DNA of 64,000 nt from the human T2T-CHM13v2.0 reference genome, Homo sapiens. Shown here in pieces: positions 42,037 through 57,019 of the stretch. Each line of letters starts with the position of its first letter. Position 1 is the first letter of the stretch. The position numbers and the translations under genes are program-made. The stretch is taken from the NCBI RefSeq assembly GCF_009914755.1, contig NC_060936.1. One strand, 5' to 3'. The notes below the pieces were generated by a model. The model had not been told where the DNA came from. It worked only from the letters and a program-made list of their open reading frames with translations, and ran no database searches.

Positions 42037-42162
42037 GGGAAATTGAATAGTATTTTATTGACTCAGATCAAACAATCCCTAATTACCACCCAGAGGCACA
42101 AAGTAAAATTCCAGCAAGTAGAGGCAGCATTAGGTTGCATCACACTGTCAGACACTATTCTG
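42037..42162 (+). pseudogene. Candidate pseudo-exon GKLNSILLTQIKQSLITTQRHKVKFQQVEAALGCITLSDTIL
   Basis: tctctgatgtctgcag| ... CTG|gtatat; 42 open codons, phase 0->0, matching both flanking exons. Confidence 0.5.
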
Positions 42163-45100
42163 GTATATGCCCAGGCATTTCCTTGAGGAGTTAACACAAG
42201 GTTTACCAGAAAGTCCATCCCACCAAGGCATTGTATGGCAAGGTCTCAGTTGCCTTTCTCTGCCCTCTCTGAGTTTGTTTTTTCTCACAATTGAGGTCTT
42301 CAATCAATCTCAAACAACTGGAAAACAGAAAATGAAAACAGGCATTTCTGGTTAGATGAAAGGCATAGATTTTTTTTCTTTCCAACTTTTTATGAAATAT
42401 TTGTAAAATCTGTCAATCCATTATCTACATTCATAATTACAATATTATGAATACAAATGAATCTTTTTAGCATGATTCTTATGTTCTGAACATATAATCT
42501 GTCAAAGTGACCTCATTCCCTGGTAGATAAACTATACAAGTCTTACTCCAAAACAGATGGGGCTTCCTTCAGGATCTGACTCTAGCCTATGTTTCCTGTG
42601 ACTCCCCACCGCAGACTCTAAGCTCTAGCCTTATAAATTATTTTCATTTGCTGGGTATTTTGTGTCTTTCTCATCCCTGTAGCTTTTCCCATAGAGTCAG
42701 AGTGGTTTTTCAGACTACAAATTTCATGGTTCCACTTCTCTCTCTTTTTCAATCCTTCAATGTCTTCATTGAGGTTGCCCACAAAGTCTTCCCTGAACTG
42801 GCCCCACTTGTCTCTCTAGTGCCAGTTTAAGTAACTTCCATCCCCATTGTTTATGTCCAAGCCAAGATCATCTTTATACGCAGCAGATTACAGCTCAGAG
42901 CCATTAGCCATGACATGGCCTTTGCCTCTTTATGTTCTTCCCTCTCAATATGCCACCTAAGGTATTAACTCTCCTACTATCCTCCAGGAAGTATCCCTGC
43001 TTTCCTCTTTTCTCCACCCCCAAGTCAAATCTCCTTACCAAACATTTCATTGCACTTTTCAAAGACAACTTACCTGTAGTTCACCCTTCAAATAAAATGA
43101 ACAAAAGGTGCACAAGAACAGAGACTTTATCTTTGCTCACTCTTGTGCTCCTGTACCTAGCATATGGCCTAGCTCATAGTAGCTTTTTAATGAGGATTTG
43201 ATTATTGATCTCTATTATAATTTCTATTGTCTAGAACACCCTGGTGAAAAGCTATTCATTTTTCAAGACACAACTCAAATGTTACCTCCTTAGAGAAATT
43301 ACTCTGGGTATCTCCCTTAGGTTTTGAGACTTCTTTTCTCCCAGAAGCACATTATACAGGTCATCATGGGCTGTGATGGGCTTCTCATTCAGCATGGAGG
43401 TTCTTTATGTTCATGTCCATCTCCTTCAGTATGGCTATCTTTGAGGACCAGGACTGTGATTCATTCATTTTACATCACCAAAACCTAGCATGGCAGATAT
43501 ATATAGTGGGCATTCAAAAACCATTTTAATTAATTAATATGTTCTTGAGTTTCCCAATCATCACATTAACATTTATTTGTTTTCGAATAAATGCAGTGGA
43601 AGAAGTGCAGCGACACAAGAATAATGTGTGTCCTGGATTTAGCTGAAGCTTTGTCATTAAGTGACCAAAGGAAAAATGGGTAGACTCTCTGAGATTTAGT
43701 TTCTTTATTTATAAAACAAGGAAGAGGTCAGTGATGATTTCTGAAATTTCTTCTTGGTACTTAAGAATTGTAATTAAAATAGTAAATGTAAAAATTGTAA
43801 GATATAGGACTAATTCAAAATATGTAGTGAACTTAAGCTTTCACAAATAAATTTCTAACAGTACTTGGTTTAATTTTAAAATGCTCTTTCTCCTAAAATA
43901 AAATTTGGAAATATATTAATTAATTGGAATTTGAGGATTCACTGAACAAAAAATGTCAGGTAGCGAAACTCCCTCTATTCAGTACAATTAGTATACACTG
44001 AAATTCTGGACTAACCCCCTGGATTAAAAAAAAATAAAAAAAGGACTCCTGGTTTATAGTTTGGCATGTAAAAACTTAGAAGTTTCCACTCCATCCTAAC
44101 AACAAATAAGAGGCTGAAAAGAACTGAAAAATCAATATCCTTTCTTAGATTCATAGAGAAGTAAGGTCACAGGTCAAACTGTTGCCCCAACAAATACAGA
44201 GAATCACATCTTACCTGAGCAGAAACTAATGAAGAAAACCTAAATTATACTTGATGAATTGCCAGAAGTTCCATGTGGATGGGTCTGAGAGCTAAAGGCT
44301 TCTGGGGGACTCAGTCTTAGGAAAGACCTCATGCTTTTATGGGTTTTACTTCCTGGATCTTTATCAAGTTCTCGCAGTGATTACAGGAGAAAAATTCCTT
44401 TGTGCTTCTGACAGAGGAAAGGGAAGGAACTTTTTTGAAATACACCAGTGCATTCTGTTCTTAATAAGTTCTGCCCTCAGGAGAAACCATTTAGCTAGTT
44501 GCTAAAAATTAAAATTGCTAGAGTTTTATCAGAAACTAACTGACCTGGGGGGAAGAGGTGTCCCAACCCTATCTGGTCTTCCATGTGGAAGAAGGAAAAC
44601 ACCCAACTTCAGCTCACTCTAGTTATCTTATCCCATCTAAGTTGAGGGGATGTGACTGAGAAGCATGTGTGAAGTTCGCAGCCCAGAGACACAGGCTTAC
44701 TAAAAGACTGAGACCTATTCATAAGACTATAAAACACTTCATTTCCCCCACACCTTACCACCACATTAATAAAGGCCTATTTATAGCAGTTTCTTTTACT
44801 CAAGGCATCATGTTCAGCTACCAAGAAAAAATTACAAGGCGTACCAAAAGGCAAAAAACACGGTTTGCAGAGACAGACTAAGAATCAAAACCAGACTTAA
44901 GATATGGCAGGAATGGTGCAATTATCAGACTGAGAATTTAAAACCACTTTCATTAATATGTTAAGGGCTGTAGTGAATGAAGTAGACAGCATGCAAGAAT
45001 AGATGGGCAATATAAGCAGAGAAATAAGGATTTTCTAAGAAAGAAACCCCAAAATGCTAGAGATCAAAAAACCAGAAAACAAAAACAACAACAACAGAAA

Positions 45101-45622
45101 TGAAGAACTCCTTCAATGGCTTTAGTAGACTGGACAAAGCTGAGGAAAGAGTCTCTAAGCTTGAGAACATGTCAACAGACATCTAACTGAAAAGCAAAGA
45201 GAACAAAGACTGGGAAAGAAAAAAAGGACATACTATCCAAAAACTGTAGAACAATTCCCAAAGCATAAATACACATAATGGGGATATCAGGAGGAAAATA
45301 AAGAGAAAGAAAAACAGAGGAAATATTTGAAACAATAAAGATTGAGGATTTCCTCCAAATTAATGTCTGACACTAAACCACAAATCCAGGAAGTACAGAG
45401 AACACTGAGCAGGATGAATGTGAAAAAATCTCTATACCTAGGCATATCATCTTCAAACTACAGAAAATCAAAGATAAAATTTTGAAAGAAGTCAGGGGGT
45501 TGGGAAGGGGTGGAACAACAACAAAAAAGAGAAGTCAGAGGTGAAAAAACTCACCTTACCTATAGAGGAGAAAAATAAGAATCTCATTTGCATCTGACTT
45601 CTCCTTAGAAACAAGTAAAGCA

Positions 45623-45933
<311 letters not shown>

Positions 45934-46289
45934 AGAAACAAGGAAAGCAAGAAGAGAGAACAGTGAAATATTTAAAGTGTTGAGAGATAAAAACCCCACC
46001 AACCTATAATCCCATACCCTGTAAAAGTGTCCTCTAAAAACAAGCGAGAAATGAAGACTGCCTCAGACAAAAAAAATTGGAATTTGTTGTGCCTTGCAAG
46101 AAATGTTCTAAAAAGCTCTTCAGCAAGAAGAAAAGTGATATAGGTCACAAACTTGGATCTACCTAAAGAAGAACATTGGAGAAGGAATAAGTGAAGGTAA
46201 AATAAAAAATAAACTCTTATTTTTCTCATACCTAATTGATCTAACACATAGCAGTTTGTTAAAAATAACAATAGCATAATTGTATTCAA

Positions 46290-46400
46290 TTATATGTATG
46301 TATGTGTCTCTGTGTGTGTGTTACACACACATATATAAGGATATATATGAAATATATATAAAGTATATATATACATACACACTTATATATGCTTATATAT
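46290..46400. repeat. (TA)/(TG)-rich microsatellite
   Basis: Directly visible. Confidence 0.8.
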
Positions 46401-48026
46401 AAGTGAAATAAATGACAGCAATGTTACGAGAGACAGGAGGGAGGGCTTAGAACTATTTTGTCATTATAAGGTATTTGTACTACCTGTGAAGTGGTATAGC
46501 ATTATTTGAAAGTGCACTTGGAGTCATGGTAAAGGTATATCATAAATTCTGAGATGACCACTAAAAATGTTTTGTTTTTTAAAATGGTATAAGTGATATG
46601 TTAAGAAAGGAGAGAAAATAAAATTACATCAAATGCTCAGTTAAAACCACAAAAGGCAAAAATAAGTGGAGGATAAAAAGAGAATCAAATAACAAGCATA
46701 GAAAATAAAAAAAACAGTAACAAATATGATAGATTCTAATAAAACTGTATCAGTAATCACTTTGAATGTTAATAGTCTAAATGGACCAACTAAAAGACAA
46801 AGATTGTCATAGTGGATAAAAGACAAAGATCGTCATAGTGGGATTAAAACCCAACTATATGTTGTCTACAAGAAGCCTACTTTAAATATAAAGAGATATG
46901 GATTAAAAGTAAATGGATGAAGAAAATTATACCATTCTAACACTAACAAAATGAAAGTGGAAATTGATATATTAATTTCAGGCAGAGCAGGCTTCAGAAC
47001 AAGGAACATTATCAGGGATAAAGAAGTGTAATACATGGGTAAGCACAGGCCCAGAGTTAAAAAATTATCAGAAAGGTATTACATAATGACAGAAGGATTA
47101 ATTCTTCAAGAAGACATAATTCTTAATTTGAATGTAACTAATAATAGAGAATCAAAATATATGAGGCAAAAACTGATAGAACTGCCATGAGAAATAGATG
47201 AATATACTATTATAGTTGAAGACTTCAATGCCCTCTGTCAGAAATGAACAGATTCAGCAGGCAGAAAATCAATAAGGACATAGTTGAACTCCATAACACC
47301 ATCAATCAATTGGACATAATGGACATCGATAGACTACTTTATGCAACATCAACAGAATACACATTCTTCTCCAGCTCACATGGAACATTCACCAAGATAG
47401 ACCATGTTCTTGACAATAAAGTACACCTTGACAAATGTCTAAAAACACAAGACATACAATGTCTGCTGTCAGGCAACAATGGAATTAAACTAGAGAGGAA
47501 TAATAGAAAGGTATATAGCTGGAAAATACCAAACTATGTGGAGATTAAACAATATACTTCTAAATAACTCATGGGTCCAAGAAAAAAAACTCGAGAAATT
47601 AAACTAAGTGAAACTTAAAACATAGCTTATTAAAACTTGTAAAATGCAGCAAATGCAGTGATTAGAGGGAATTTTATAGCACTAAGTGTATATAATAGAA
47701 AAAAGAAATGTATAAAATCAATTATAGGTCAACCAGTTTACAACACTGGAAAAGAAAAAGCAAATAAAATACAAAGTAAGTAGAAAAAAACAAATAAAAA
47801 CTAGGACACAAATCAATGAAACTGAAAACAAAAAATCAATAGAGAAAATTAATGAAACCAAAAGCTGGTTTTTTGAAAAGTTCAATAAAATTCATAAACT
47901 TCTATAACAGGGTAAGTGGGAAAAAAAGCATAAGAGAGAGAACACAAATTACTCATATCAGAAAGGAAAGAAGAGAAATTACTACAGCTCCCATGGACGT
48001 TAAAATGATAACAAAGGAATACTATG

Positions 48027-48336
48027 GGCTGGGCTTGATGACTTAGGCCTGCAATCCAAGCCCTTTGGGAGGTCAAGGCAAGAGATAAATTAAGGCCAGG
48101 ATTTGAGACTAATCTAGGCAAAATAGAGAGAACTTATCTCTACAAAAATAATTTAACAAAATATCTGGGTATGGTGGTGCACACTTGAAGTCCTAGCTAC
48201 TCAGGTGACTGACATGGGAAGATTCCTTGAGCCCAAGAGTTTGAGGTTGCAATGAAATACAATCATGCCACAGCACTTCAGCATGAGCAACAGAACAAGA
48301 CACTCTCTCTTTAGAAAGTTTAAAAACACAATTAAA
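48027..48336 (+). mobile_element. Diverged AluJ inserted in L1 ORF2
   Basis: Alu dimer; TSD aaag[g/a]aatacta. Confidence 0.9.
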
Positions 48337-49202
48337 AAGAAATACTACAAACAATTCTAGTCTCACATACTAGCCTAGGTGAAATGAACCCATCCCCTGA
48401 AAGACACAATCTGCCAAAACTCACACAAGAAAAAACAGACCATCTGAATAGGCTTATATTTATTTAAAAAATTCAATCAATAGTCAATAACATTCCAAAA
48501 CAGAAAGGATCAGGTACAGATAGTTTCACTATGAATTTGACCAAATATTTAAGAAAGAAATCATACTAGTTATCTGCAATTATTTTAGGTGATAGAAAAA
48601 GAATGAATACTTTCTAATTCATTCTATGAGGCCCAGTATTATCCTCATACAAAAACCAGAAAAAGGCATTACAAGAAAACTAGAAATCAATATCTCTAAT
48701 TAACATAGATATAAAAATTCTCAACAAAATAGGAAATCGAATCCAGCAATGTATAAAACAAATTGTATGCCACCACCCAGGTGATTTATCACAGGTATAT
48801 AAGGCTGATTCAACTTCTGAAAATCAATCAATATAATTGATTCACATTAACAAGCTAAAGAAGAAAAGTCACATGATTACATCAATAAAGGCAAAGAAAG
48901 TATTTGACAAAACTCAACACTCATTCATGTTAATAACTTTCAGTAAATTTGGTCTAAAGGGAAAATTTCTTAACCTGATAAATAATATTTACAAAAGCTC
49001 TACAGCTAACATTACATTTGACAGTGAGAAACTTGAAGTTTTCCACTAACATCAAAAGGAAGGAAAGAATGTCCCCTTTCACTACTACTTTTCAATATTT
49101 TACTGGAAGTGCTAGCTAATACAACAAGGAAAGAAAAGAAAGTGTATACAGATTGGAAAGGAATAAACAAAACTGTCTTCGTTTGCAACTGTCATGATCA
49201 TC

Positions 49203-51445
49203 TGTATTAGTCTGTTCTCACACTGCTATGAAGACATACCTGAGACTTGGTAATTTATGAAGAAAAGAGGTTTAATTGACTCACAGTTCCATAGGCTGTA
49301 CAGGTAACATTGCTTGGGAGGCCTCAGGAAACTTACAATTATGGTAGAAGATGGAGAAGGAAGCCCATCTTTCAATGATGGAGAAGGAGAGAAAGAGAGT
49401 GTAAAAAGAAGTGACACACACTTTTGAACAACCAGACATCATAAGAACTCACTCATGAGACAGGACTAGGGAGATGGTGCTAAACCATTCAAAACTACTC
49501 CCATGATCCAATCACCTCCCACCAGGTTGCTCCCTTGACACTGGGGATTACAATTCAACATGGCCCCTCCCAAATCTCATGTACTTTTTCTATTTTAAAA
49601 CCAATCACGACTTTCCAATAGTCCCATGAAGTCTTAACTCATTCCAGCATTAACCCAAATGTCCAAGCCCAAAGTCCCAACTGAGACAAGGCAAGTCGTT
49701 TCTTCCTATAGGCATGTAAGATCAAAAACAAGTTAGTAACTTCCAAGATACAATGGGGTTACAGGCATTGGGTAAATGCTACCATTCCAAAAGGAAGAAA
49801 CTGGCCAAACAAAAGGTACTACAGGCCGCATGCAAGTCCAAAACCCAGCAGAAATTCATTAAATCTTAAAGCTCTGAAATAATCTCCTTTGATTCCATAT
49901 CTCACAATCAGGTCATGTTAGAACATCCCATGGCCCATCCCATGGTCTTGGGCATTTCTGCCCCTGTAACTCTGCAGGGTGCAGCTCCTTCAGCTGCTTT
50001 CACAGGCTGTTGTCGACTGACAGTGGCTTTTCCAGGTGCACGGTGCAAGCTGTCAGTGGATCTACCATTCTGGAGGCTGGAGGATGATGGCCCTCTACTC
50101 ACAGCTCCACTAGGCAGTGTTGCAGTGGGGACCCTGTGTGGGGGCTCCAACCCCACACTTCTCCTCCACACTGTTCTAGCAGAGGGTCTCCATGAGGACT
50201 GTGCCTCTGCAGCAGACTTCTGCCTGAACATCCTGGCATTTCCATATATCCCCTGAAATCTAGGCAGAGGTTCCCAAAGCTTAACTCTTGTCTTCTGCAC
50301 ACCTGCAAGCCTAACACCACATGGAGGCTGCCAAGGCTTGAGGCTTGCAACCTCTGAAGCAGTGGCCTAAGCTGTACCATGGCCCCTTTTAGCTGGAGGA
50401 GCAGGGATGCAGGGTGCCATGCCTCAAGGTTGCACAGAGCAGTGGTGACCCACAAAACCATTTTTCCCTCCCAGGCCTCTGGGCCTGTGATGGGAGGGAC
50501 TGCTGTGAATGTATCTGAAATTCCCTGGAGACGTTTTCTCCATTATCTTGGCAACTAACATTCAGCTCTTCTTTACTTATACAAATTTCTGCAGCCTTCA
50601 ATTTCTCCCTAGAAAATGGGTTTTTCTTTTCTACTGCATGGTCAGCTTGCAATTTTTTTAAATTTTTATGCTCTCCTTCCCTTTAAAACGTTTCAGTTTC
50701 AGATCATTTCTTTCTTTATGCAAATGAGCATAGGCTTTTAGAAGCAGTAGACCCTATCTTGAACACTGTTCCTTAGAAATTTATTCTGCCAGATTCTGTA
50801 AACCATCTCTCTCAAGTTAAAAGTTCCACAGATCTCTAGAGTGAGGCAAAATGCTGCCAGTCTCTTTCCTAAAGCATAGCAAGAGTGACTTTTACTCCAG
50901 TTCTCAACAAGTTTCTCATCTCCATCTGAGACCACCTCAGCTTGAACTTCATTGTCCATATCGCTATCAGCATTTTGGTCACAACCATTCAACAAGTCTC
51001 TAGGAAGTTCCAAACCTTCCCACATCTTTCTTTCTTCTTCTGAGCCCTCCAAACTGTTCCAACCTCTGCCCATTACCCAGTTCCAAAGTCACATCCACAT
51101 TTTCATATATCTTTATAGCAATACCTCATTCTCACACCAATTTTCTTTATTAGTTTGTTCTCACACTGCTATAAAGACATACTTGATACTGGGTAATTCA
51201 TGAAGAGGTTTAATTGACTCACAGTTCAACAGGATGTACAGGTAGCATAGTTAGGGAGGCATCAGGAAACTTCCATCATGGCAGAAGGCACTGGGGAAGC
51301 AAGCCAATCTTACCATTGTTGAGTAGGAGAGAGAGAGAGGGACAAGGGAAGTGCTACATACTTCTAAACAACCAGATATAATGAGAATTCTGTCATGAGA
51401 CAGCACTAGGGGGATGGTGCTAAAGCATTAGAAACCACCCCCATT
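49203..51445 (-). mobile_element. MST-type MaLR (LTR-internal-partial LTR)
   Basis: tgtattagtctgttctcacactgct LTR end, MaLR internal, second LTR from ~51148 broken at 51445. Confidence 0.88.
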
Positions 51446-52425
51446 GATACAGTTTGGCTATGTCCCCACCCAAATCTCATCTTGAATTGTAATTCCCATA
51501 ATCCCTATGTGCGGTGGGAGGCACCAGGTGGGAGGTAATTGAATCATGGGAGCAATTTCCCCCATGCTATTCTCATGATAGTAAATTGTCACAAGATCTG
51601 ATGGTTTTATAAGGAGCTTCACCCTTTGCTCATTTCTTATTCTTCTCCTTCCTGCTGCTATGTGAAGAAGGACATGTTTGCTTCCCCTTCCACCATTTCC
51701 TGAGGCCTCCCAGCCCTGCAGAACTGTGGGTCAATTAAACCTCTTTCCCTTATAAATTACCCAGTCTCCAGTATTTCTTCATAGCAGAGTGAGAAGGAAC
51801 TAATACAGGAAATTGGTACTGCAGAGAGTGGGATGCTGCTGTAAAGATACCCAAAAATGTGAGAGCAATTTTGGAACTGGGTAACAGGCAGAGGTTGGAA
51901 GAGTTTGGAGGTCTCAGAAGAAGATAGAAAAATGTGGGAAAGTTTGCAACCTCCTAGAGACTTGTTGAGTGGCTTTGACCAAAATGCTAATAGTGATATG
52001 GACAATGAAGTCCAGGTTGAGGTAGTCTCAGATGGAGATGAGAAACTTGTTAGGAACTGGAGTAAAGGTCACTCTTGCTATGCTTTAACAAAGAGACTGG
52101 CAAGTTTACCCCCTGCCCTAGAGATCTGTGGAAATCTGAACTTGAGAGAGATGGTTTATGGTAACTAGCAGAAAAAATTTCTAAGTGGCAAAACATTCAA
52201 GAGGAAGCAGAGCATAAAGACTTGCAAAAATTGCAGACTGACAATGTGATAGAAAAGAAAAACCTGTTTTATGGGGAAAAATTGAAGTTGGCTGCAGAAA
52301 TTGGCATAAGTAAAAAGGAGCCAAATGTTAATCACCAAGACAATGGGGAATATGTCTCCAGTTATGTCAGAGACCTTCATGGCATCCTCTCCCATCACAG
52401 GCCCAGAGGCCTAGGTGGGAAAAAC
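51446..52425 (+). mobile_element. THE1/MST LTR plus truncated internal region, opposite orientation
   Basis: tgatacagtttggctatgtccccacccaaatctc...gaactaataca, then the internal start. Confidence 0.88.
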
Positions 52426-52719
52426 TCACCCTGGAGCCAGTAATAACTTCCCAGCATGTGAGTGACCCATCTTAAAAGCAGATCCTGCACACCTCAATTT
52501 AGTTGGTATTGCGTAGGGTAGGACCCAGCCCAAATCACAGATTCATGAGAGAAATAAATGACTTTTATTGATTTAAGTCACTAAATTTTGGTATGAAGCA
52601 AGAGATAACTGGAACATATTTAAATCAAGCAATACATATAATGTACTTAATACAGTATGTGATATAAACTTTCTTACCTTAAGGTGGCTATTATATTAGG
52701 AATACTATAAAGGAGAGGT

Positions 52720-52890
52720 TAAGATCACAGATGTGGGAGTCAGACTGCTTGAGTTTGAATCCTAGATCTGCTACTTTTTTAGTTATGTAACATAAAGCAA
52801 GTTACTTAACCTCTCTATAATTCAGTTTCTCATTTTAAATGGAGATAATAATTGTATCCACTTCATAGGGTTGTGGTCAGAGTTAAATGA
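52720..52890 (+). mobile_element. MIR SINE
   Basis: ggagtcagactgcttgagtttgaatcc...gcaagttacttaacctctct. Confidence 0.8.
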
Positions 52891-53035
52891 GTTGCAGTTC
52901 CCCAAATGGGCCATAATCTTCATCATAACCAAGCCTTTGTAGTATATGTTCCTGCACCTCACCACTCCTTCATTTAGGTCCAGGTTAGCTAGTCCATTCT
53001 CTAAGAAACTTGTGATCTCTCAAGTTCAGATGTGC

Positions 53036-53215
53036 CTTCTCTTTTCTTTCTTTTCTTTTCTTTTCTTTTCTTTTCTTTTCTTTCTTTTCATTTCCTTTTT
53101 CCTTCCTCCGTTCTTTTCTCCTTCCTTCCTTCTTTCTCTTTTTTCTTTCTTCCTTTCTTTCTTTCTTTCTTTTTCTTTCTTTCTTTCCTTCCTTCCTTCC
53201 TCCCTTCTTCTTTTT
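53036..53215 (+). repeat. (CTTT/CTTTT/CCTT)n polypyrimidine microsatellite
   Basis: Directly visible. Confidence 0.95.
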
Positions 53216-53376
53216 ATGCATGTGCATGCACTTTCTTGAAAAGGACCCAAAGCAATGTTACTTATGACTCAACATCATACCAAGATTCTGAGAAACTGCC
53301 CTTTCACATTAAACATTCATATTTGAAGACTAAGTCAATCTTTGAGGACTAGTCTAGCAGACAATTAGAAAGGGCA

Positions 53377-53672
53377 GCCTGGGTGCAGTGGCTCATGTCT
53401 ATAATCCCAGCACTTTGGGAGGCCTAGACAAGAGGGTCACTTGAGCCCAGAAGTTCATGACCAGCCTGGGCAACATAACAACATCTCTACAAAAAATAAA
53501 ACACACTAGCTGGGCATGGTGGTGCATGCCTGTGGTCCCAGCTACTTGGGAGGCTGAGGCAGGAGGATCACTTAAGACCAGAAATTTGAGGCTACTGTGA
53601 GCTATGATCACACCACTGCACTCCAGCCTGGACATCAGAGTGAGACCTTGTCCCAAACAAACAAACAAAAAC
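53377..53672 (+). mobile_element. Alu (AluJ-like)
   Basis: Full Alu; TSD agaaa[g/c]ggca. Confidence 0.95.
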
Positions 53673-53761
53673 ACAGAAACGGCAAATTCCCTCCTGTCTT
53701 CAATGTCACCTCACCTCTCTAGTAACCAAAACTCTGCTACCAGCCTAAACTTGTTTCCCAG

Positions 53762-53916
53762 ACTCTTTTTTCTGAAGATGGATTAACTCCTGAGGGCTTT
53801 GCAAATTCTTCATGGACGCAGATTTCTGGAGAATACATCCCAGCACTTCACTGAAAATGACAAACCTGGTCTAGATCTCAATAGATGCATCCTAGATTAA
53901 AGCTGGGATCGCCATT
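53762..53916 (+). pseudogene. Pseudo-exon TLFSEDGLTPEGF/KFFMDADFWRIHPSTSLKMTNL/GLDLNRCILD*SWDRH (two frameshifts), HECTD4-like EF-hand-like motif
   Basis: Acceptor cttgtttcccag|; resembles HECTD4 LTLEGFHKFVID...CGYDLHFERC...VRH as recalled. Confidence 0.6.
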
Positions 53917-54892
53917 GTATTAACATAAGAAAAAAAATCTTCCCTACATTTTCTGTGGACTCTGTGTGTGTGTTTCTTTTGAGGTTGGGATGCTTTTTAA
54001 TCTCCTACATTGTGATAATATCTATCCCTGCTTTTGAGCCAAGTTAAATGCAGCCTCATGTGCTGAAGGCATATAAGTCCGTGGCAAAAAAAAAAAGAAG
54101 ACATGAAAAGGGAAGTTGGAGCCGAAGCTCACAAAGACATTGGGAAGAGGGAATGTACTGCCCAGAATGGTTCCAATAAAAGTCAGGAAATGATCCTCAA
54201 GTCAACAAAAGTTTAGAGTTAGTGACGCTTGTAAGACTTTAATATTTAATATAACCCCTCCAGTTTGATCAAAAGCATCTTACATTTTCTGGCATTTGAG
54301 TGAAAATAATTCCTGGCTTCATTACATTTTAAAAATTCAGCTAAAAGTCATAAAATAAAGTAGCACAAAATTTGTAATGTAAATATTAAATGGCAGTACA
54401 GTGTTCAACACAATCCACTTTCATTCTCACCATCATCCATGGCCATGAGTCCCTTCATTTTCATTCATTTATTTATTCACTATATATTTATTGAGGAGTC
54501 ACCTTGCACAAGTCAAAAGAAAAATCACAGTTGACTCATAAGGGAAAAAGAACTGAAATACAGTGAAGGGAAACAGTAGATGAATATACAAGATATATTA
54601 GAGGAAAAATGTTAATACCGTTGACCTAATGAACACTTTTTATGTTCCAGGCACTATTCTAAACACTTTATTAACTATTTTGATCCTCACAGAACACCTA
54701 TGAGATGGACACTCTTATTGCCTCCAATATACAGGTGAGGAAATTAAGATGAAGTCAAGTTATATACTCAAATTTTTAAAATAATTTCTCTGTTATGTGC
54801 TTTGGATGGTAGTCAAGGTAACTGTCTTGTTCCAGGAATATTTTTCCAGGGGAGGGGGCCTATAAGGAGCATATTGGAAATATTGGATTTGA

Positions 54893-55213
54893 GCAGAGGT
54901 GAGCAACCTTTTTTTGTGGAAAACCAGATAGTAAATATTTCAGTTCTGAGGGCTGAGTGGTCTCTGTTGTTTAGCTTTGCCATTGTAGTGCAAAAGTAGC
55001 TGTAGGCAATATGTAAACAAATGAGTGTGGGTTTGCTCTAAAAATATTCCAGTTATGGTCATTGAAATTTAAATGTGTTTTAATTTTTACATATCACAAA
55101 ATATTCTTCTTTTGATTTTATTTCAACCTCTACTAAAGGTAAACGATTTTTAGTTCACAGGTCATACAGGCAGAGTTGGATTTGTCTCATGGACTGTAGC
55201 TTGCTGGCCTCTG
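54893..55213 (+). mobile_element. MER58-like hAT-Charlie MITE
   Basis: cagaggtgagcaacc...ccagatagtaaatattt ... tttgctggcctctg terminal inverted repeats. Confidence 0.8.
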
Positions 55214-55239
55214 GCTTAGAAAATATAGAATATGAGTCC

Positions 55240-56220
55240 CATTAAAGGATGAATGGGAGTTTTCCAGGCAGACAAAGGCATTCCAAATGAAGAAAATAGC
55301 AGCTGGCAAAGACATAAGTAGGTGAACAGGCCTGACTGTTTTGAAGAGCTATAAACGGCATCATTGTCACTAGGTGTTGGAGTGGGTGGAAGACACAGAG
55401 AAGGGAATGGAAGAATCTCTTGAGGGAATTTGACCTTTACTGTGTAGGCAGTGGGAAACCACTGTGGATTCTGTGATATAATGAGGTTTGCATTTTGGAA
55501 AGTCTCTCTGGAAGCAAAGTGAAAAACTGATGCTAGTAGTCCAAAGCAGAAGAAAAAGAAAACATTTAAACAATTTTGGTAGTACAGCAAAAGACCATAT
55601 AGATGCAAGCTGCTCATCTCTTAGTTCCTTGGAATTTTCTGTTTTCTTCACACATACCATGTCCTTTCCTGACTCAGAACCATTGTAGATGATATTCTTC
55701 CTTCCTGGAATTTTTTTCTTCTCTTATATCACTTAACTCCTTTTCATCCTTTAGGTTTCAGTTTTAATGTCACTTCTCCAGGAAAGCTTTCATAGACCCC
55801 ACTCAGATCAGGATTCACAGCCTTTTGAGACACAAAAGTGGACTTGTACTTCTCTTTAGCTACAATCGCATAACATTTGCTCAGGATCTGTCTCCTGTGC
55901 TAGACTGTAAGTTAACTGTCTGCCCCTATATTCCAGGGTCTTTCACAGTGCCTACTTCAGAGTAGATACTCAATGAATATTTGTAGTGACATGGGATTGA
56001 AAGAAAGGATACTTACCAAGCAGTATTGACTTGAATTTTGTGATTTAACAGTTGAATGAGGAATAAAATAGGGCTAAGGATAATTCCTAGATTTGGGTGA
56101 CAAAATACTTGGTGGCACACACAGAGAGAATATAGGATGGAAGTTAAATTTGAGGCACTTATGGAAACGTTGATTTTGAATTGCCTCTGGGACATCTGAG
56201 GAGACATGTCAGGAGATGTT
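55240..56220. mobile_element. L2 fragments in mixed orientation
   Basis: Antisense purine-rich L2 segments flanking a sense L2 3' end (ctcaatgaatatttgt). Confidence 0.55.
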
Positions 56221-56552
56221 TTGTCTCCTCCTCACTGGACTAGGATGATCATTTTATATTTGATCCTGATTAAAACCTGATTCATCATAATTCAGTCCTA
56301 ATATCAGACTTAGAAATGCATATCTTCATAATTTAATTTAAAATATTCATTTTAAAATAAAATTTATTATTAGTAAACTCACATTGAAACCATCAGTTAC
56401 CAGACAGAAGCTTTGGATTGCAAGTAGATTCTTATCTATCAGCTAGCAATTAGACATTGTGAAAGGCATATTATTAAACCATGACATGTCAAAGATTTGC
56501 TGTTTTAAAAGCAATATTGTCAGGCTGCAAAATTTACAAAATTATCCAATAA

Positions 56553-57019
<467 letters not shown>

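Noticed and set aside
49908-52443. Multiple overlapping 80-130 aa ORFs
   Set aside because: Degenerate MaLR internal ORF fragments, not host genes; the same applies to 21.8-22.6 kb
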